The translations under genes and the position numbers were made by a program. Below, one piece after another: positions 9,790 to 19,384 of a stretch of 64,000 nt of DNA (position 1 is the stretch's first letter; each line of letters starts with the position of its first letter). The notes under the pieces are model-generated. The model ran no database searches and had not been told where the DNA came from. It was given only the letters and a program-made list of their open reading frames with translations. This DNA comes from Gemmatimonadota bacterium (lineage in GTDB: Bacteria > Gemmatimonadota > Gemmatimonadetes > Gemmatimonadales > GWC2-71-9), in assembly GCA_039590195.1 (NCBI GenBank), contig JBDHFY010000003.1, forward strand, positions 4,241 to 68,240, in the 5' to 3' direction.

Positions 9790-9824
9790 GAGCTACGCCC
9801 CCATCGTGTCCGAACGAGATTCCA

Positions 9825-11255
9825 TCAGCCGAGCCGCAGGCGCCGACGGTACAGCGCACCCACGAGAAAGTTGATGAGCAGCACCAACACGCCAGCGGGA
9901 ATGACGCCGGCGAGTAGCGCACCGACCCAGGGATTGTCGGGGACCGGCAAGGTGTCAAAGTACCAGAACATGTTGCCGCTTAGGTGATTGATCGTCTCGG
10001 CCGCAAACCCGACCGCTCCACCCAGCACGAATTGGACAATCGCCGGCAAGCCGGCGGACCAGAGTGCGATGGATGCCATGATGCCGCCGTAGATACCGAC
10101 GATGACGATGAAGATGATCCACCAAGGTGTGAAGTGGAACCAGTTGGCGAGCGCGGCCAAACCCTCGGTGAGTATGCCGAACAGGATGCCGAGGGAATAC
10201 GTCTTGATGGCGCGATCTCTGAGCGGTTCGTGGATGATCCGCCTGGCCTCTCCACGCTGCCGCCAATCGCGCACCGAGCGTCGCATGCCTTCCGGCAGGT
10301 CTACCTGGGCGGACCAGCCGAGATCCCGCTGTGCTGCCGCCGCGGTGGCGGCCCAGAAACGCTGGCGTATCTCGCGAACCTTGTCTCGCGTCAGCATGGG
10401 CCGTCCGCGAGTGAACTTGTGGAGCCACTCCACCAGCACGGCCATCACACTCAGCACGAAATGGGGCGTGATGAGCGGAATGCGAATCTTCTTGTTCAAT
10501 GCATCGGCGATGATGGAAATAGACTCCTTCGCACGACGAGGAATCGGGTCGGCGAAGAGGTACTTCTTGCCCACCACACCGTCGGTTTCAGCTGCCGCGA
10601 TGAGCCCTCGAACCAGGTCGCCCACGTAGACGAAGGAGAGAGTTTTCGTTTTGAATCCCACCCGGGGTGCCAGCCCGGCATTCACGGGCCCGAACGTTCC
10701 CCCGGAAAGATCCAATTCGCCCTCGCCGTACACGGCGACCGGTCTCGCAATCGTCACCGGTAGGCCCTTGTCAACGTACTCTCTGGCGACCGCTTCGGCG
10801 TCGAGCTTCGATTTGCCGTACCAGGAAACCGGATTGGCAGGCTTGTTTTCGTCAATCAGCGTATCGCCGGTCGCCGGTCCCCCCGCCGCCAGGCTCGATG
10901 TGAATACTACGCGACGGAGGCGGTCGGTCCGGTGTCTCGTGACGGCTTCGAACACGTTTCGGGTCCCGTCGACGTTGGCATCCCGAAATTCCTTTTCTGA
11001 GGTGCCGAGTAGCACGGCGGCCAGGTGAAATACGAACTCGACGTCCTCGAGCCCGACATCCAAGGATGCCGGATCCCGGATGTCTCCCATCACCAGTCGG
11101 AGGCGCGTTCCAAACCGATCGAATAGCGGCCTCAGCGAGCGCGTATCGCTCGTGGGGCGGACGAGCCCGACGACATAATCTCCCCTTTCCAGCAAAGCCG
11201 TGATGAGATGGGCTCCGATGAATCCGTTCGCACCCGTAACAAAAACCTTTGCCAT
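9825..11255 (-). CDS. NAD-dependent epimerase/dehydratase (extended SDR) fused to a C-terminal multi-TM domain
   Basis: ORF 9825-11282 trimmed to MAKVFVTGANGFIGAHL (Rossmann GxxGxxG). Catalytic YGKSK (YxxxK). The last ~130 aa form 4-5 hydrophobic helices (LGILFGILTEGLAALANWF...LVLLINFLVGALY). Confidence 0.8.
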   Translation of the reverse strand: MAKVFVTGANGFIGAHLITALLERGDYVVGLVRPTSDTRSLRPLFDRFGTRLRLVMGDIRDPASLDVGLEDVEFVFHLAAVLLGTSEKEFRDANVDGTRNVFEAVTRHRTDRLRRVVFTSSLAAGGPATGDTLIDENKPANPVSWYGKSKLDAEAVAREYVDKGLPVTIARPVAVYGEGELDLSGGTFGPVNAGLAPRVGFKTKTLSFVYVGDLVRGLIAAAETDGVVGKKYLFADPIPRRAKESISIIADALNKKIRIPLITPHFVLSVMAVLVEWLHKFTRGRPMLTRDKVREIRQRFWAATAAAAQRDLGWSAQVDLPEGMRRSVRDWRQRGEARRIIHEPLRDRAIKTYSLGILFGILTEGLAALANWFHFTPWWIIFIVIVGIYGGIMASIALWSAGLPAIVQFVLGGAVGFAAETINHLSGNMFWYFDTLPVPDNPWVGALLAGVIPAGVLVLLINFLVGALYRRRLRLG

Positions 11256-11259
11256 GTCT

Positions 11260-12009
11260 CTACTCGCCTCCGCGGTTCGCACCTTCTTTGAGAGTCTGCA
11301 TCCGGTGCGTATTCGAGATAATCGTCAGGCACTTCAAGACCGGCTGGAAGATCCGGCGTCGTCGCGCGGCCTTTTGCAGGATACGCCGCCTCGTGTGGGT
11401 ACCGAGGTCGCTGAACGGAATCGGGAGGCCCACGAGGATCGGCGCCACCCACTCCAGCAAGAAGAATCCGGCGCGGAGTTGGCCACGGGTCGTGTCCGCG
11501 CGCTTCGCCAGCTCATGGTCGGTGTCCACGGCCACTTGGATGGGATGATCATCGCTTTGACCCACCCGATGGATCATCACGTCGGCAAGCTGGATCATGG
11601 TCTCGAACTGCCGCGTGCTGAAAAAGCGGGGATTGTAGCGCGTCTTGACGGCGTGACGACGCGCGACCCATGCGAGAACTGCCGTCAAGGTGAGAACGGT
11701 ACCGACGCCGAGTCCTATCGCATGGAACGGAACGAGTCCTTTGACTAGCCAGCCCAAGGCCAGGAGAACCCACGTCACGAAGCCGACATCTAGCGCCGAG
11801 CGGTTCTGGCGAACGCCTCCGGCGCCAAGCAGAAGCACGCCGCCCACCAAGGCCGTTGCACCGGTCAACAGGCCACCGACAAAACCGTCGGGCGTCAGCC
11901 CCGAGCGCCACACGGTGGCCGCGGCGGCGAACACCACCATTGCCCACCCCACCCACCTGCTGAGATCGCCGACGAAGGCCTCGACGACGCCCATACCGTA
12001 TGGTCGCAT
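11260..12009 (-). CDS. Hypothetical membrane protein
   Basis: ORF 11260-12117 trimmed to MRPYGMGVV, 8 nt after the DUF362 stop. The N-terminal half has 4 TM helices. The C-terminal half (RFFSTRQFETMIQLADVMI...) only loosely resembles gluconate 2-dehydrogenase subunit-3-like proteins. Confidence 0.5.
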   Translation of the reverse strand: MRPYGMGVVEAFVGDLSRWVGWAMVVFAAAATVWRSGLTPDGFVGGLLTGATALVGGVLLLGAGGVRQNRSALDVGFVTWVLLALGWLVKGLVPFHAIGLGVGTVLTLTAVLAWVARRHAVKTRYNPRFFSTRQFETMIQLADVMIHRVGQSDDHPIQVAVDTDHELAKRADTTRGQLRAGFFLLEWVAPILVGLPIPFSDLGTHTRRRILQKAARRRRIFQPVLKCLTIISNTHRMQTLKEGANRGGE

Positions 12010-12017
12010 CTGCCCTG

Positions 12018-13130
12018 TCACACTGCCTCCCTGATTCGTTCGCGAATTGGTCGAGATTTCCTGGTGAGCAGCCGTTCTGTCAGCCGGGTGAGCCATTGGA
12101 AGACGCCAAAGAGCCACTGGAAGCGGGACACGGGCCGAAAGCGCTTGTCTTGTTGCGAAGCAAGGGCCCGTGAGAAGAACCGGCTGATCCAGTAGAACTC
12201 CTCCATCCAGGCAAGGGTTACCACCGGCAGACGACCCACGTTACGCCACGGGTACCACGGAGTCAGATCGCCCCGTCGCGTGACATTGATCGGGCCCCAC
12301 CGGTGCAGCGCTTCCTGTATCACGAAGTTGTGCGCCGGGTCGAGGCCCATCTTCTCGCCGGCGACCCAATCGAGGGCGAAGATGTTGTCGCTGGCAAAGA
12401 TCGTCTTGGTGGAATTCGGATTGGCATCTCGCACGTGGCCCGTGAAACCGTCTCCGCTCGTCCACGCATCGAGCAAACCGAAATGTACCGGAAGACGGTC
12501 GGCCATGAGCGCCGCCGTCTGGTAGTACTCGATGCCCTTGCCGTGATAGTGTTTCATCTTGTCCCACTCCGGCAGGCACCCGTACACATTCTTGATGCAG
12601 GCCGTATAGAAGCATTGCCAGTGAGTTTTGTTCTTGGCGAACGATATCCGGTGATCGGCATCGCGCCACGTCTTGCCGACGACGTGGCGACCGAGCACGC
12701 TCCCGTAGTCAAACGGCACTCTCTCTTCCGTGAGATCCACTATACGATAACCGTTAGCACTGTACCCCACCATCTCGGCCACGGCCGTCACGGAGCGCCC
12801 ACGATAGGCATAGTCGTACACGTTGTGGGATTCAACGATGGCAATATTGGTGAAACCCCGGTTCCGCATTCCGGCGATGAGACGCTCTACTAGCTCTGGA
12901 TCGGTGTACACCGGGGAGTCCGTCTCCCGCACGGATGCCGTCATGATATTCGGCTTGATGACGATCTGGAACGACTCTCGGCGTTTCTTGCTGTTCCGCC
13001 AGTGCGCTTCGAGATGATCGTAGAAGCGAGATTCGCCGAGTGCCGTCTCCAGGGCGTCGAGCTTGGTCGACCCGCCGACCAGGTGAACGGTGGCATCACG
13101 CGAATAGACGGGGTGTCTCGTGGCCGTCAC
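12018..13130 (-). CDS. DUF362 domain protein
   Basis: 370-aa ORF: VIKPNIM...(T)DPELVERLI...GYRIVDL...KNKTHWQCFYTACIKNVYGCLP...LLDAW.SGDG, typical of DUF362/COG2006. First gene of a four-gene minus-strand operon. Confidence 0.75.
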   Translation of the reverse strand: MTATRHPVYSRDATVHLVGGSTKLDALETALGESRFYDHLEAHWRNSKKRRESFQIVIKPNIMTASVRETDSPVYTDPELVERLIAGMRNRGFTNIAIVESHNVYDYAYRGRSVTAVAEMVGYSANGYRIVDLTEERVPFDYGSVLGRHVVGKTWRDADHRISFAKNKTHWQCFYTACIKNVYGCLPEWDKMKHYHGKGIEYYQTAALMADRLPVHFGLLDAWTSGDGFTGHVRDANPNSTKTIFASDNIFALDWVAGEKMGLDPAHNFVIQEALHRWGPINVTRRGDLTPWYPWRNVGRLPVVTLAWMEEFYWISRFFSRALASQQDKRFRPVSRFQWLFGVFQWLTRLTERLLTRKSRPIRERIREAV

Positions 13131-13622
13131 CGCCCGCCACCAAGAAGGACGGTCCGCCGGACGCCGTTCGATGTACGTCGCTGACGTTCATTGAGTTGCG
13201 GCCGCACGAGCGCCTGAGAACTGGCCGCCAAATAACTCGCCGATATCAGCAGCAGAGGCACCGTCGGTATCAAGAAATCGGTACGGATGGAAGCTGCGCA
13301 ACGTTAAGTCATGGCGTGTGAGCGCGCTAGGTTGGTATTGGGTCACCGACTGTTGTTATTGGGACACGCCACACGCCGTCGAAATCCCAGGGAAAACGCC
13401 GAGATTCGAGACTGATGGTCGCCATGTACTAACGTAACTCGCTGGAATGAACCTACTTAGAAAGACCCATCGCCTGACGCGGCGTCGCTCGTTGCCCTCG
13501 GCTTCCGTCGAACGACGGAGGAGTGCCACGTCTGTGCGGGGGCGAGAATGTGTGCGACTGCCGCCCTGGCTGTTCATAGGCCCGCGACCTATTTTGACAA
13601 CCTCACAGCCATCCCCATCCCC

Positions 13623-14438
13623 ATGACGCCGAATTATATAAAACAGTGGGTCCACGACTGGCTCTGGCGAATCGGACACTTGTGGATCGAGAACCCTTTG
13701 AGTCTCGCCACCTTCAGCCTTCGCCTGGTGCGGTCGCTCGCCTACTGGTTTGCGGACCTCGGCTCGAGGCGAGCCGCCGAGGTCGTGTGGATCGGCGTGC
13801 GGCAGACATTCAAGACGCTGTTGCGCGGCATTCTCGCCGTGATGGCACTGGGCCTTGCATTCGGCATCGGGCTCGGCATCGTCACGTCGGGTCTTGGGAG
13901 CGCCTTGCGACCGATCTTTGACGACACGGTGATGGCCGTCGTGATTCGCGACGCCTCACCACTCGGCCTCGCGGTCTTCCTGAGTGCGAGGACGGGAGGT
14001 ACCATAGCGGCAAAGTTGGCAATGGTTCCCCTGTTGCAGGACGAGCCGACCGTGTTCTTTTCGCCGCAGCGTTTGCAACAGCAGGTCGTTCCGAACCTCC
14101 TGGCGGCCCTGGTGACGTCGGGAGTTTTCTATGTTGTCTTGGCCTCGTGCATCCTCGGAGGCTACGCCAGTAACGGAGTGCTCGGGCGGCTCCCTCACGC
14201 CGACACCTTGGCCTTTGCGCGGGCACTCTCGGCGCCGTTTGCGTTCGGCGCGGTGAAGGCTATCCTGTTCGGTGGTATCGTCGTCTATGTCGCCTCGGCG
14301 TTCGGCGTGCAGGCTGCTGAACGGTACATCTCACGCGAAAAGGAAGCACGAGATCTGCACTATGCCGTGTGGGAGAGCACGGTGACGTCCGTGTTGGTCT
14401 GCACACTGCTCACCGTTCTATTCTGGAGGCCGCTGTGA
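13623..14438 (+). CDS. MlaE-like (DUF140) ABC transporter permease
   Basis: ORF 13548-14438 with the start moved to MTPNYIKQ. By eye, VIRDASPLGLAVFLSARTGGTIAAKLAMV aligns with MlaE [29 protein letters not shown]. The C-terminus is also similar (AILFGGIVVYVASAFG). It is divergent, so the family call is moderate. Confidence 0.55.
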   Translation: MTPNYIKQWVHDWLWRIGHLWIENPLSLATFSLRLVRSLAYWFADLGSRRAAEVVWIGVRQTFKTLLRGILAVMALGLAFGIGLGIVTSGLGSALRPIFDDTVMAVVIRDASPLGLAVFLSARTGGTIAAKLAMVPLLQDEPTVFFSPQRLQQQVVPNLLAALVTSGVFYVVLASCILGGYASNGVLGRLPHADTLAFARALSAPFAFGAVKAILFGGIVVYVASAFGVQAAERYISREKEARDLHYAVWESTVTSVLVCTLLTVLFWRPL

Positions 14439-15919
14439 CCGTGCCGAGGAGGGACGATCCAGTCGCACCCGTAGCGCCCCTGGTCAACGTGATTGCGGGT
14501 GCTGTTGTGCTCCTTGTAGTGGTGGGAGCCGTCATCGCGGCCGCAATCGCGTTTCGGTGGGATTGCGATGACGATGATGAACGATTCGTGGTTTTCCTGC
14601 CAGGTGAGTTGGAGCTCGACACGGCCTCGCCGGTGCGCTACCAGGGAAGATGTGTGGGGGGGATCGTCTCCGTGGAACCCGCCACCATGGCGCTGCAATT
14701 GCGGGTCGAGAAGTCCGGCGTTGCGCCGCTGGCCACCGTTGCCACGCTCGCAGCGTCCGACACAGCATCTCGCGCCCTCACCATCGACAACGTGCTGAGC
14801 GTTGCGACCGTCTCAGATACGCAAATGTCGATGCTCTGGTCCGATTCCCTCCGGCTGCGTCCGACATGGCAGGATCGTGGCGAATGGCGGGTCCCGATCG
14901 GCGATTCGCTTGCAGTTCGGATCGCAATCCCTGACGCGAGAGGCGGGCGGGCCCGGGGCGAGTCGTTCCGTCTTTACGACGGGGATGTGCTCGTGCTGGA
15001 AGCGGCCGACTTGGAGATCACATGGGGGGACCTCGAGCGGTTCGTGCGGGTCGAAGGCTATCTCGATACGACGGCGTTTCGCCGGATGGCCGAGGTGACG
15101 GGTGTGAGTCGGGCGACGGCCGACGCCCTGCTTGGTTCGGGCTCTGCCCTCGTCGTGTCGGGCCTCCCGGGTATCGGCAAACGTGAACTCACACTGCGGC
15201 CGTCCTATGTCGCCGACCGATTGGTGGCGCGCGTGCTGGGGCCCGAGCGGGAGCTGGTCCCAGATCTCGTGTTGGATCTGGAGTCCACCATTCGCGGCAG
15301 TGCGGACTTCCTCATGTCGCCGGCCAAGAGGCGCGCTCCACCGACGAACCGTTACGAGGAGCTCGTGGACAACGTCGGCCGGTCGCTCGGCGAGGTGGCG
15401 GCGGTGAGCGAGAATCTACGGGAGATCACCGATTCCGTGGCGGCTGTGGGACGTGAGGGAGCCCAAGGCCTGGCAGGGCGCCTCGTGTTCGACGAACCCA
15501 TGCTGGCGAATCTCGACAGCATCCTTCGAAGCATGGCGTCGGTTGTTCAGATCATCGACAGTGTAACCGATGAGCATCGGGGTGACGGTGTATTGGCGAG
15601 CTTACTGCTCACGGAAAGCGGCGCTGCATCATTGGATACAACTCTCGCCAACGTGGCAGGTGTCACTGAGAAGCTCGACTCGAGCCGGACACTTCTGGCC
15701 GGCATTGTTGGGGATAGCATGGAGCAGGACCTCAGGAGAACGACGGAGAGTCTGGCCAGCGTCGGAGCCAAGGCGGACAGTCTGGCCTCCCAGGCGGATT
15801 CTCTCCTCAAGGAACTCAAGGAAGGCGCCGAGCGCGGTGCCATGGGGGCGATCCTGTACGGCGTGCTCACGGCGGTGGCCCAGGTGGCGGCCGCCATTGC
15901 CCTGTGGGCCAAGCTTTGA
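14435..15919 (+). CDS. MCE/MlaD-like protein with long helical C-terminal region and C-terminal hydrophobic helix
   Basis: ORF 14369-15919. A GTG at 14435 overlaps the MlaE-like TGA (GTGA). An N-terminal TM (LVNVIAGAVVLLVVVGAVIAAAIA) is followed by an MCE-like beta region (FVVFLPGELELDTASPVRYQGRCVGGIVSVE), then ~250 aa of helical Leu/Ser/Ala-rich sequence. The C-terminus is AILYGVLTAVAQVAAAIALWAKL. Confidence 0.5.
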   Translation: MTVPRRDDPVAPVAPLVNVIAGAVVLLVVVGAVIAAAIAFRWDCDDDDERFVVFLPGELELDTASPVRYQGRCVGGIVSVEPATMALQLRVEKSGVAPLATVATLAASDTASRALTIDNVLSVATVSDTQMSMLWSDSLRLRPTWQDRGEWRVPIGDSLAVRIAIPDARGGRARGESFRLYDGDVLVLEAADLEITWGDLERFVRVEGYLDTTAFRRMAEVTGVSRATADALLGSGSALVVSGLPGIGKRELTLRPSYVADRLVARVLGPERELVPDLVLDLESTIRGSADFLMSPAKRRAPPTNRYEELVDNVGRSLGEVAAVSENLREITDSVAAVGREGAQGLAGRLVFDEPMLANLDSILRSMASVVQIIDSVTDEHRGDGVLASLLLTESGAASLDTTLANVAGVTEKLDSSRTLLAGIVGDSMEQDLRRTTESLASVGAKADSLASQADSLLKELKEGAERGAMGAILYGVLTAVAQVAAAIALWAKL

Positions 15920-16027
15920 GCTCGTTGGGAGGGCGGCCCACGTTATGGGTGTTCGATCGCTCGACTTTTACCACCAGGTCGACAATATTGCCCGCGAATC
16001 ACATCAACCGACAGCTGAGAAGGACGC

Positions 16028-17551
16028 ATGCTCACTGTGCTCGGATCTCCTGGGGTTGCGGCGCGGTTTGGTCGTCGGTCGTCTGCCATCCCCGTACTTG
16101 CATTCGCGCTCGCTCCGTGCATCACGGGATGTGGCGCCGACGGCCGCGACCTCGCCGCTCGAACGGTGGAATGGCTTCAATCGGCCGGTGACCGTGGTGC
16201 GTACGCTCCGCCGGGCACCCCGGCCGAGCTTGGCATTGCCGGCTACGCCAAAGTCCTCTGCTCGGCCGTTTTCGTCTCGGGTCGCGAACCCGAGGAGGCG
16301 GCTCGGAACAGCGGCTTCTTCATGCTCGCCGAGGCGGACCGGGACCGCATCACCGATATCACGGTCGACCGTAGGCGTCGAGTGGTCCACATGACCCTGA
16401 GCGATTCCATTACCCGCACCGCCAAGTTCTACGGCGACCAGGGCTGTGTGATTCATCCACAGGGTCAGGACAGCGTGTCTTTCTCTCCTGTTCCAGTCGA
16501 GACCACCCTTCCCGATGCCATGAGCCAAGACTGGCCTATGGGAGATGTCGAGCCGGACGAGCCGTTGCCGCCCGAGATCGACGAGGGGAAGCTCGCTGCC
16601 GCAGTCGACGCCGCCTTTGCGGATCCGGAAGCGTTGACGGCCGCATTTCTCGTGGTCCACAAAGGGCGGATCATTGCCGAGCGGTACATGCCCGGGATCG
16701 ACAAGGATACCCAGCTCGAGAGCTGGTCTATGGGGAAGAGCTTGACGGCGACGTTAGTGGGCATCCTCGTCGGGGAAGGCCACTTCAGCCTCTCCGATCC
16801 GGCGCCGGTTCCCGAGTGGCGCAAGGAGCCGGGGGATCCTCGGGCCAAGATCAGGATCGCCGACTTGCTACGCATGAGTAGCGGCCTGCGCTTCATCGCC
16901 ACGCAGGATCCGGATTACACGCCGGATCTAGGGTATCCCGATCACATGTACATCTATACCGGCGCGATTGATGCGTTCGAGCACTCGTATACGCGCCCGG
17001 TGCAGTTCCCGGTAAACACCGAAGGTAGGTATCGGAACTCCGATCCGCTGACGCTGGGATACCTCATCAAACAGGCAGTGACGGGTCGCGGGGAGGAGTA
17101 TCTGACTTTTCCCCAGCGGGCGCTCTTCGATCGGATCGGGATTCGCAGACAAGTTCTCGAACCGGACCCGCACGGCAATTTTCTGCTGACCGGCTACGAT
17201 TACGGCACGGCGAGAAACTGGGCGCGATTGGGTCTGCTCTACCTGTGGGACGGTGTCTGGCTGGGCGACAGAATCCTGCCAGAGGGATGGGTGGCGTTCG
17301 TGAGTTCACCCGCTCCCGCGTGGGATGAGCCCCGCTATGGCGGGTTATTCTGGCTGAACGGCACCGGTCAGTGGAATCTCCCCCGGGATGCTTACTTCAT
17401 GGCCGGTGGTGGTGGGCAGCTGACCCTCATTGTCCCGTCCCTCGACCTGGTGGTCGTGCGCCTGGGGCATTTTCGTGGCAACGCGCCGGGGCGGCGAGCG
17501 CTCAACGAGGCGCTCGCACTGTTGACCGATGCGATTGAGGTTGACCCATGA
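16028..17551 (+). CDS. Beta-lactamase-fold serine hydrolase, lipoprotein
   Basis: 507-aa ORF. Lipobox LAPCITGC. SxxK nucleophile motif SMGKSLTATLVGILVGEG in a beta-lactamase-related context. Confidence 0.75.
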   Translation: MLTVLGSPGVAARFGRRSSAIPVLAFALAPCITGCGADGRDLAARTVEWLQSAGDRGAYAPPGTPAELGIAGYAKVLCSAVFVSGREPEEAARNSGFFMLAEADRDRITDITVDRRRRVVHMTLSDSITRTAKFYGDQGCVIHPQGQDSVSFSPVPVETTLPDAMSQDWPMGDVEPDEPLPPEIDEGKLAAAVDAAFADPEALTAAFLVVHKGRIIAERYMPGIDKDTQLESWSMGKSLTATLVGILVGEGHFSLSDPAPVPEWRKEPGDPRAKIRIADLLRMSSGLRFIATQDPDYTPDLGYPDHMYIYTGAIDAFEHSYTRPVQFPVNTEGRYRNSDPLTLGYLIKQAVTGRGEEYLTFPQRALFDRIGIRRQVLEPDPHGNFLLTGYDYGTARNWARLGLLYLWDGVWLGDRILPEGWVAFVSSPAPAWDEPRYGGLFWLNGTGQWNLPRDAYFMAGGGGQLTLIVPSLDLVVVRLGHFRGNAPGRRALNEALALLTDAIEVDP

Positions 17552-17664
17552 TCCTGAAAACTTCTTGAAGCGCTACGTTATTGGGACTTGTTGCTCTCAC
17601 CCACGCGCCGTGGGACCCGCTGACTGCTGCGCAACCACATTCGTACCGAAAGGTATGACCTCAC

Positions 17665-19305
17665 GTGACGGATAGCGATGAATCTTCCGTGAATGGATCT
17701 GAGCCGGATACCGAAATCCAGGAGCAGCTTGCCAAGGCCCTGGGGGATAAGTACGAAGTTCGAGAGCTTCTTGGCCGTGGCGGTTTCGCCGAGGTGTACG
17801 AGGCTTGGGACAAGGACCTGGAGCGTCGACTTGCCATCAAGGTGCTTCACCCAGAGGTCTCGTGGACCTCCGGGATGTTGGCGCGGTTTCGCCAGGAAAC
17901 CAAAACGATCGCCCGCCTCAACCACCCGAACATCATCCCCATCCACTTTGTCGCCGAGGGTGAGGGTCTCCTCTACTACGCCATGCCGTTCATCGAAGGC
18001 AAATCGCTCGGCGACGTCCTCAGGGACACCGGAGCGCTGGGCGTGGATGGGACCATCAGCGTGATGCGCCCGATTCTCGAGGCCCTGCAGCATGCCCATG
18101 AGCGGGGGTTGGTCCACCGGGACATCAAACCGGACAACGTGATGATCGACCATACGACGGGTCGACCTCTCCTGATGGATTTCGGCATCGCCAAGCAATT
18201 GGGAGGAGGGCAATCGCAAACCCAGACTGGCTTTGTGGTCGGGACGCCCCAGTATATGAGTCCCGAACAGGCACTTGGCCAGAAGGATCTGGATGCCAGG
18301 ACCGACCTGTATGCTATCGGCGCCGTGCTGTTCCAGATGGTCACGGGATCACCACCTTTTGAAGGGGAGACTTCACAGGAGGTCGTCGCCAAACACATCA
18401 ATGAGGAGCCGCCGGTGCCCATGGACCGGAACGCCGGCATACCGAAGTGGCTCTCCAACGTGATCCTGCGCTGCCTGGCCAAAAAGCCGAAAGAGCGATA
18501 CCAGTCGGCCAAGGCGGTCGTGGAAGCCCTCGACAAGGGAAGAGGCGTTAGTCCACAGGACGTCGCGAAAGCGGAGAGCGTACTCCGGCCCCTCTCGGGC
18601 GAAGAGGAGGCTACGGCGCTGCTCCCGAGCGAGGAGACGCCGGCGACCAGGCTCTCGCCAACCGAAGCTCGGCGGGCGGGGCGGCGGAAGATGTTGGTCT
18701 CCCTCGCCGTGGGACTCGGGTTGATCGGTGGCGGTATCGGTGGCTATCTCCTCTTTGGCGGCCCGTCACTCGTGATCGAGAATCGGTTGATCGCACCGAT
18801 TCAGATCACGGTCAACGGCCAAGAAGTCTCAGTGGTCGAGCCTGGTGCACGATTCAGCATGGGCCTCGAGCAGGGAAGAGACCTGGTCGCCCATTGGTCC
18901 GTCGTACAACCCACGACACCGGCCGGTGTCGCGATGGGCGTGCCGGTCGAGGGAGTGATCGTGGAAGCCAATCCCCGGGGAACGATCCGCGGGACAGCCA
19001 ACAACTGGCCGGCGGATTCGGCCTTCTTCGCACCCCTCATCACGAATGCGACGGATCAGTCCCTCGAGGTGATCGTCAATGCGGGACTCGCGTTCTCGCA
19101 ATCGTGCGAGTGCATTGTGTCGCCCGGGGTGGTGAGAGCAAGCATCGGGTACTATCGGCTGTTTCAGAACAGCACCGTGCAAGTCAAGGATTCCCAGGGC
19201 CGCACGGCGATGTTCAGCGACCTCGCTGCGAGCGTGGAGCCGGTGACCGGCACAGTAGGCCTACGGTTCGAGAGCGCCGACCTGCGGACTCCCGGACGCC
19301 GCTGA
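17665..19305 (+). CDS. Ser/Thr protein kinase, single-pass membrane, with extracytoplasmic C-terminal domain
   Basis: 546-aa ORF with a GTG start. Motifs GRGGFAEVY, AIKVLH, HRDIKPDNVMI, DFGIAK, YMSPEQ. TM is MLVSLAVGLGLIGGGIGGYLLF. Confidence 0.9.
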   Translation: MTDSDESSVNGSEPDTEIQEQLAKALGDKYEVRELLGRGGFAEVYEAWDKDLERRLAIKVLHPEVSWTSGMLARFRQETKTIARLNHPNIIPIHFVAEGEGLLYYAMPFIEGKSLGDVLRDTGALGVDGTISVMRPILEALQHAHERGLVHRDIKPDNVMIDHTTGRPLLMDFGIAKQLGGGQSQTQTGFVVGTPQYMSPEQALGQKDLDARTDLYAIGAVLFQMVTGSPPFEGETSQEVVAKHINEEPPVPMDRNAGIPKWLSNVILRCLAKKPKERYQSAKAVVEALDKGRGVSPQDVAKAESVLRPLSGEEEATALLPSEETPATRLSPTEARRAGRRKMLVSLAVGLGLIGGGIGGYLLFGGPSLVIENRLIAPIQITVNGQEVSVVEPGARFSMGLEQGRDLVAHWSVVQPTTPAGVAMGVPVEGVIVEANPRGTIRGTANNWPADSAFFAPLITNATDQSLEVIVNAGLAFSQSCECIVSPGVVRASIGYYRLFQNSTVQVKDSQGRTAMFSDLAASVEPVTGTVGLRFESADLRTPGRR

Positions 19306-19384
19306 GCGACGACTTGGCGCGACGGTTGCTAACCGTCCCTCACCGCCGAGGTCATTCCTCCGGCCCCATCATTTCATTGAGGAC

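Noticed and set aside
13356-13679. 107-aa minus-strand ORF and a 59-aa plus-strand ORF (~13447-13626) in the long intergenic region.
   Set aside because: They have no RBS and an Arg/Ser/Pro-rich composition. They overlap the likely MlaE-like start and show no recognisable domain.
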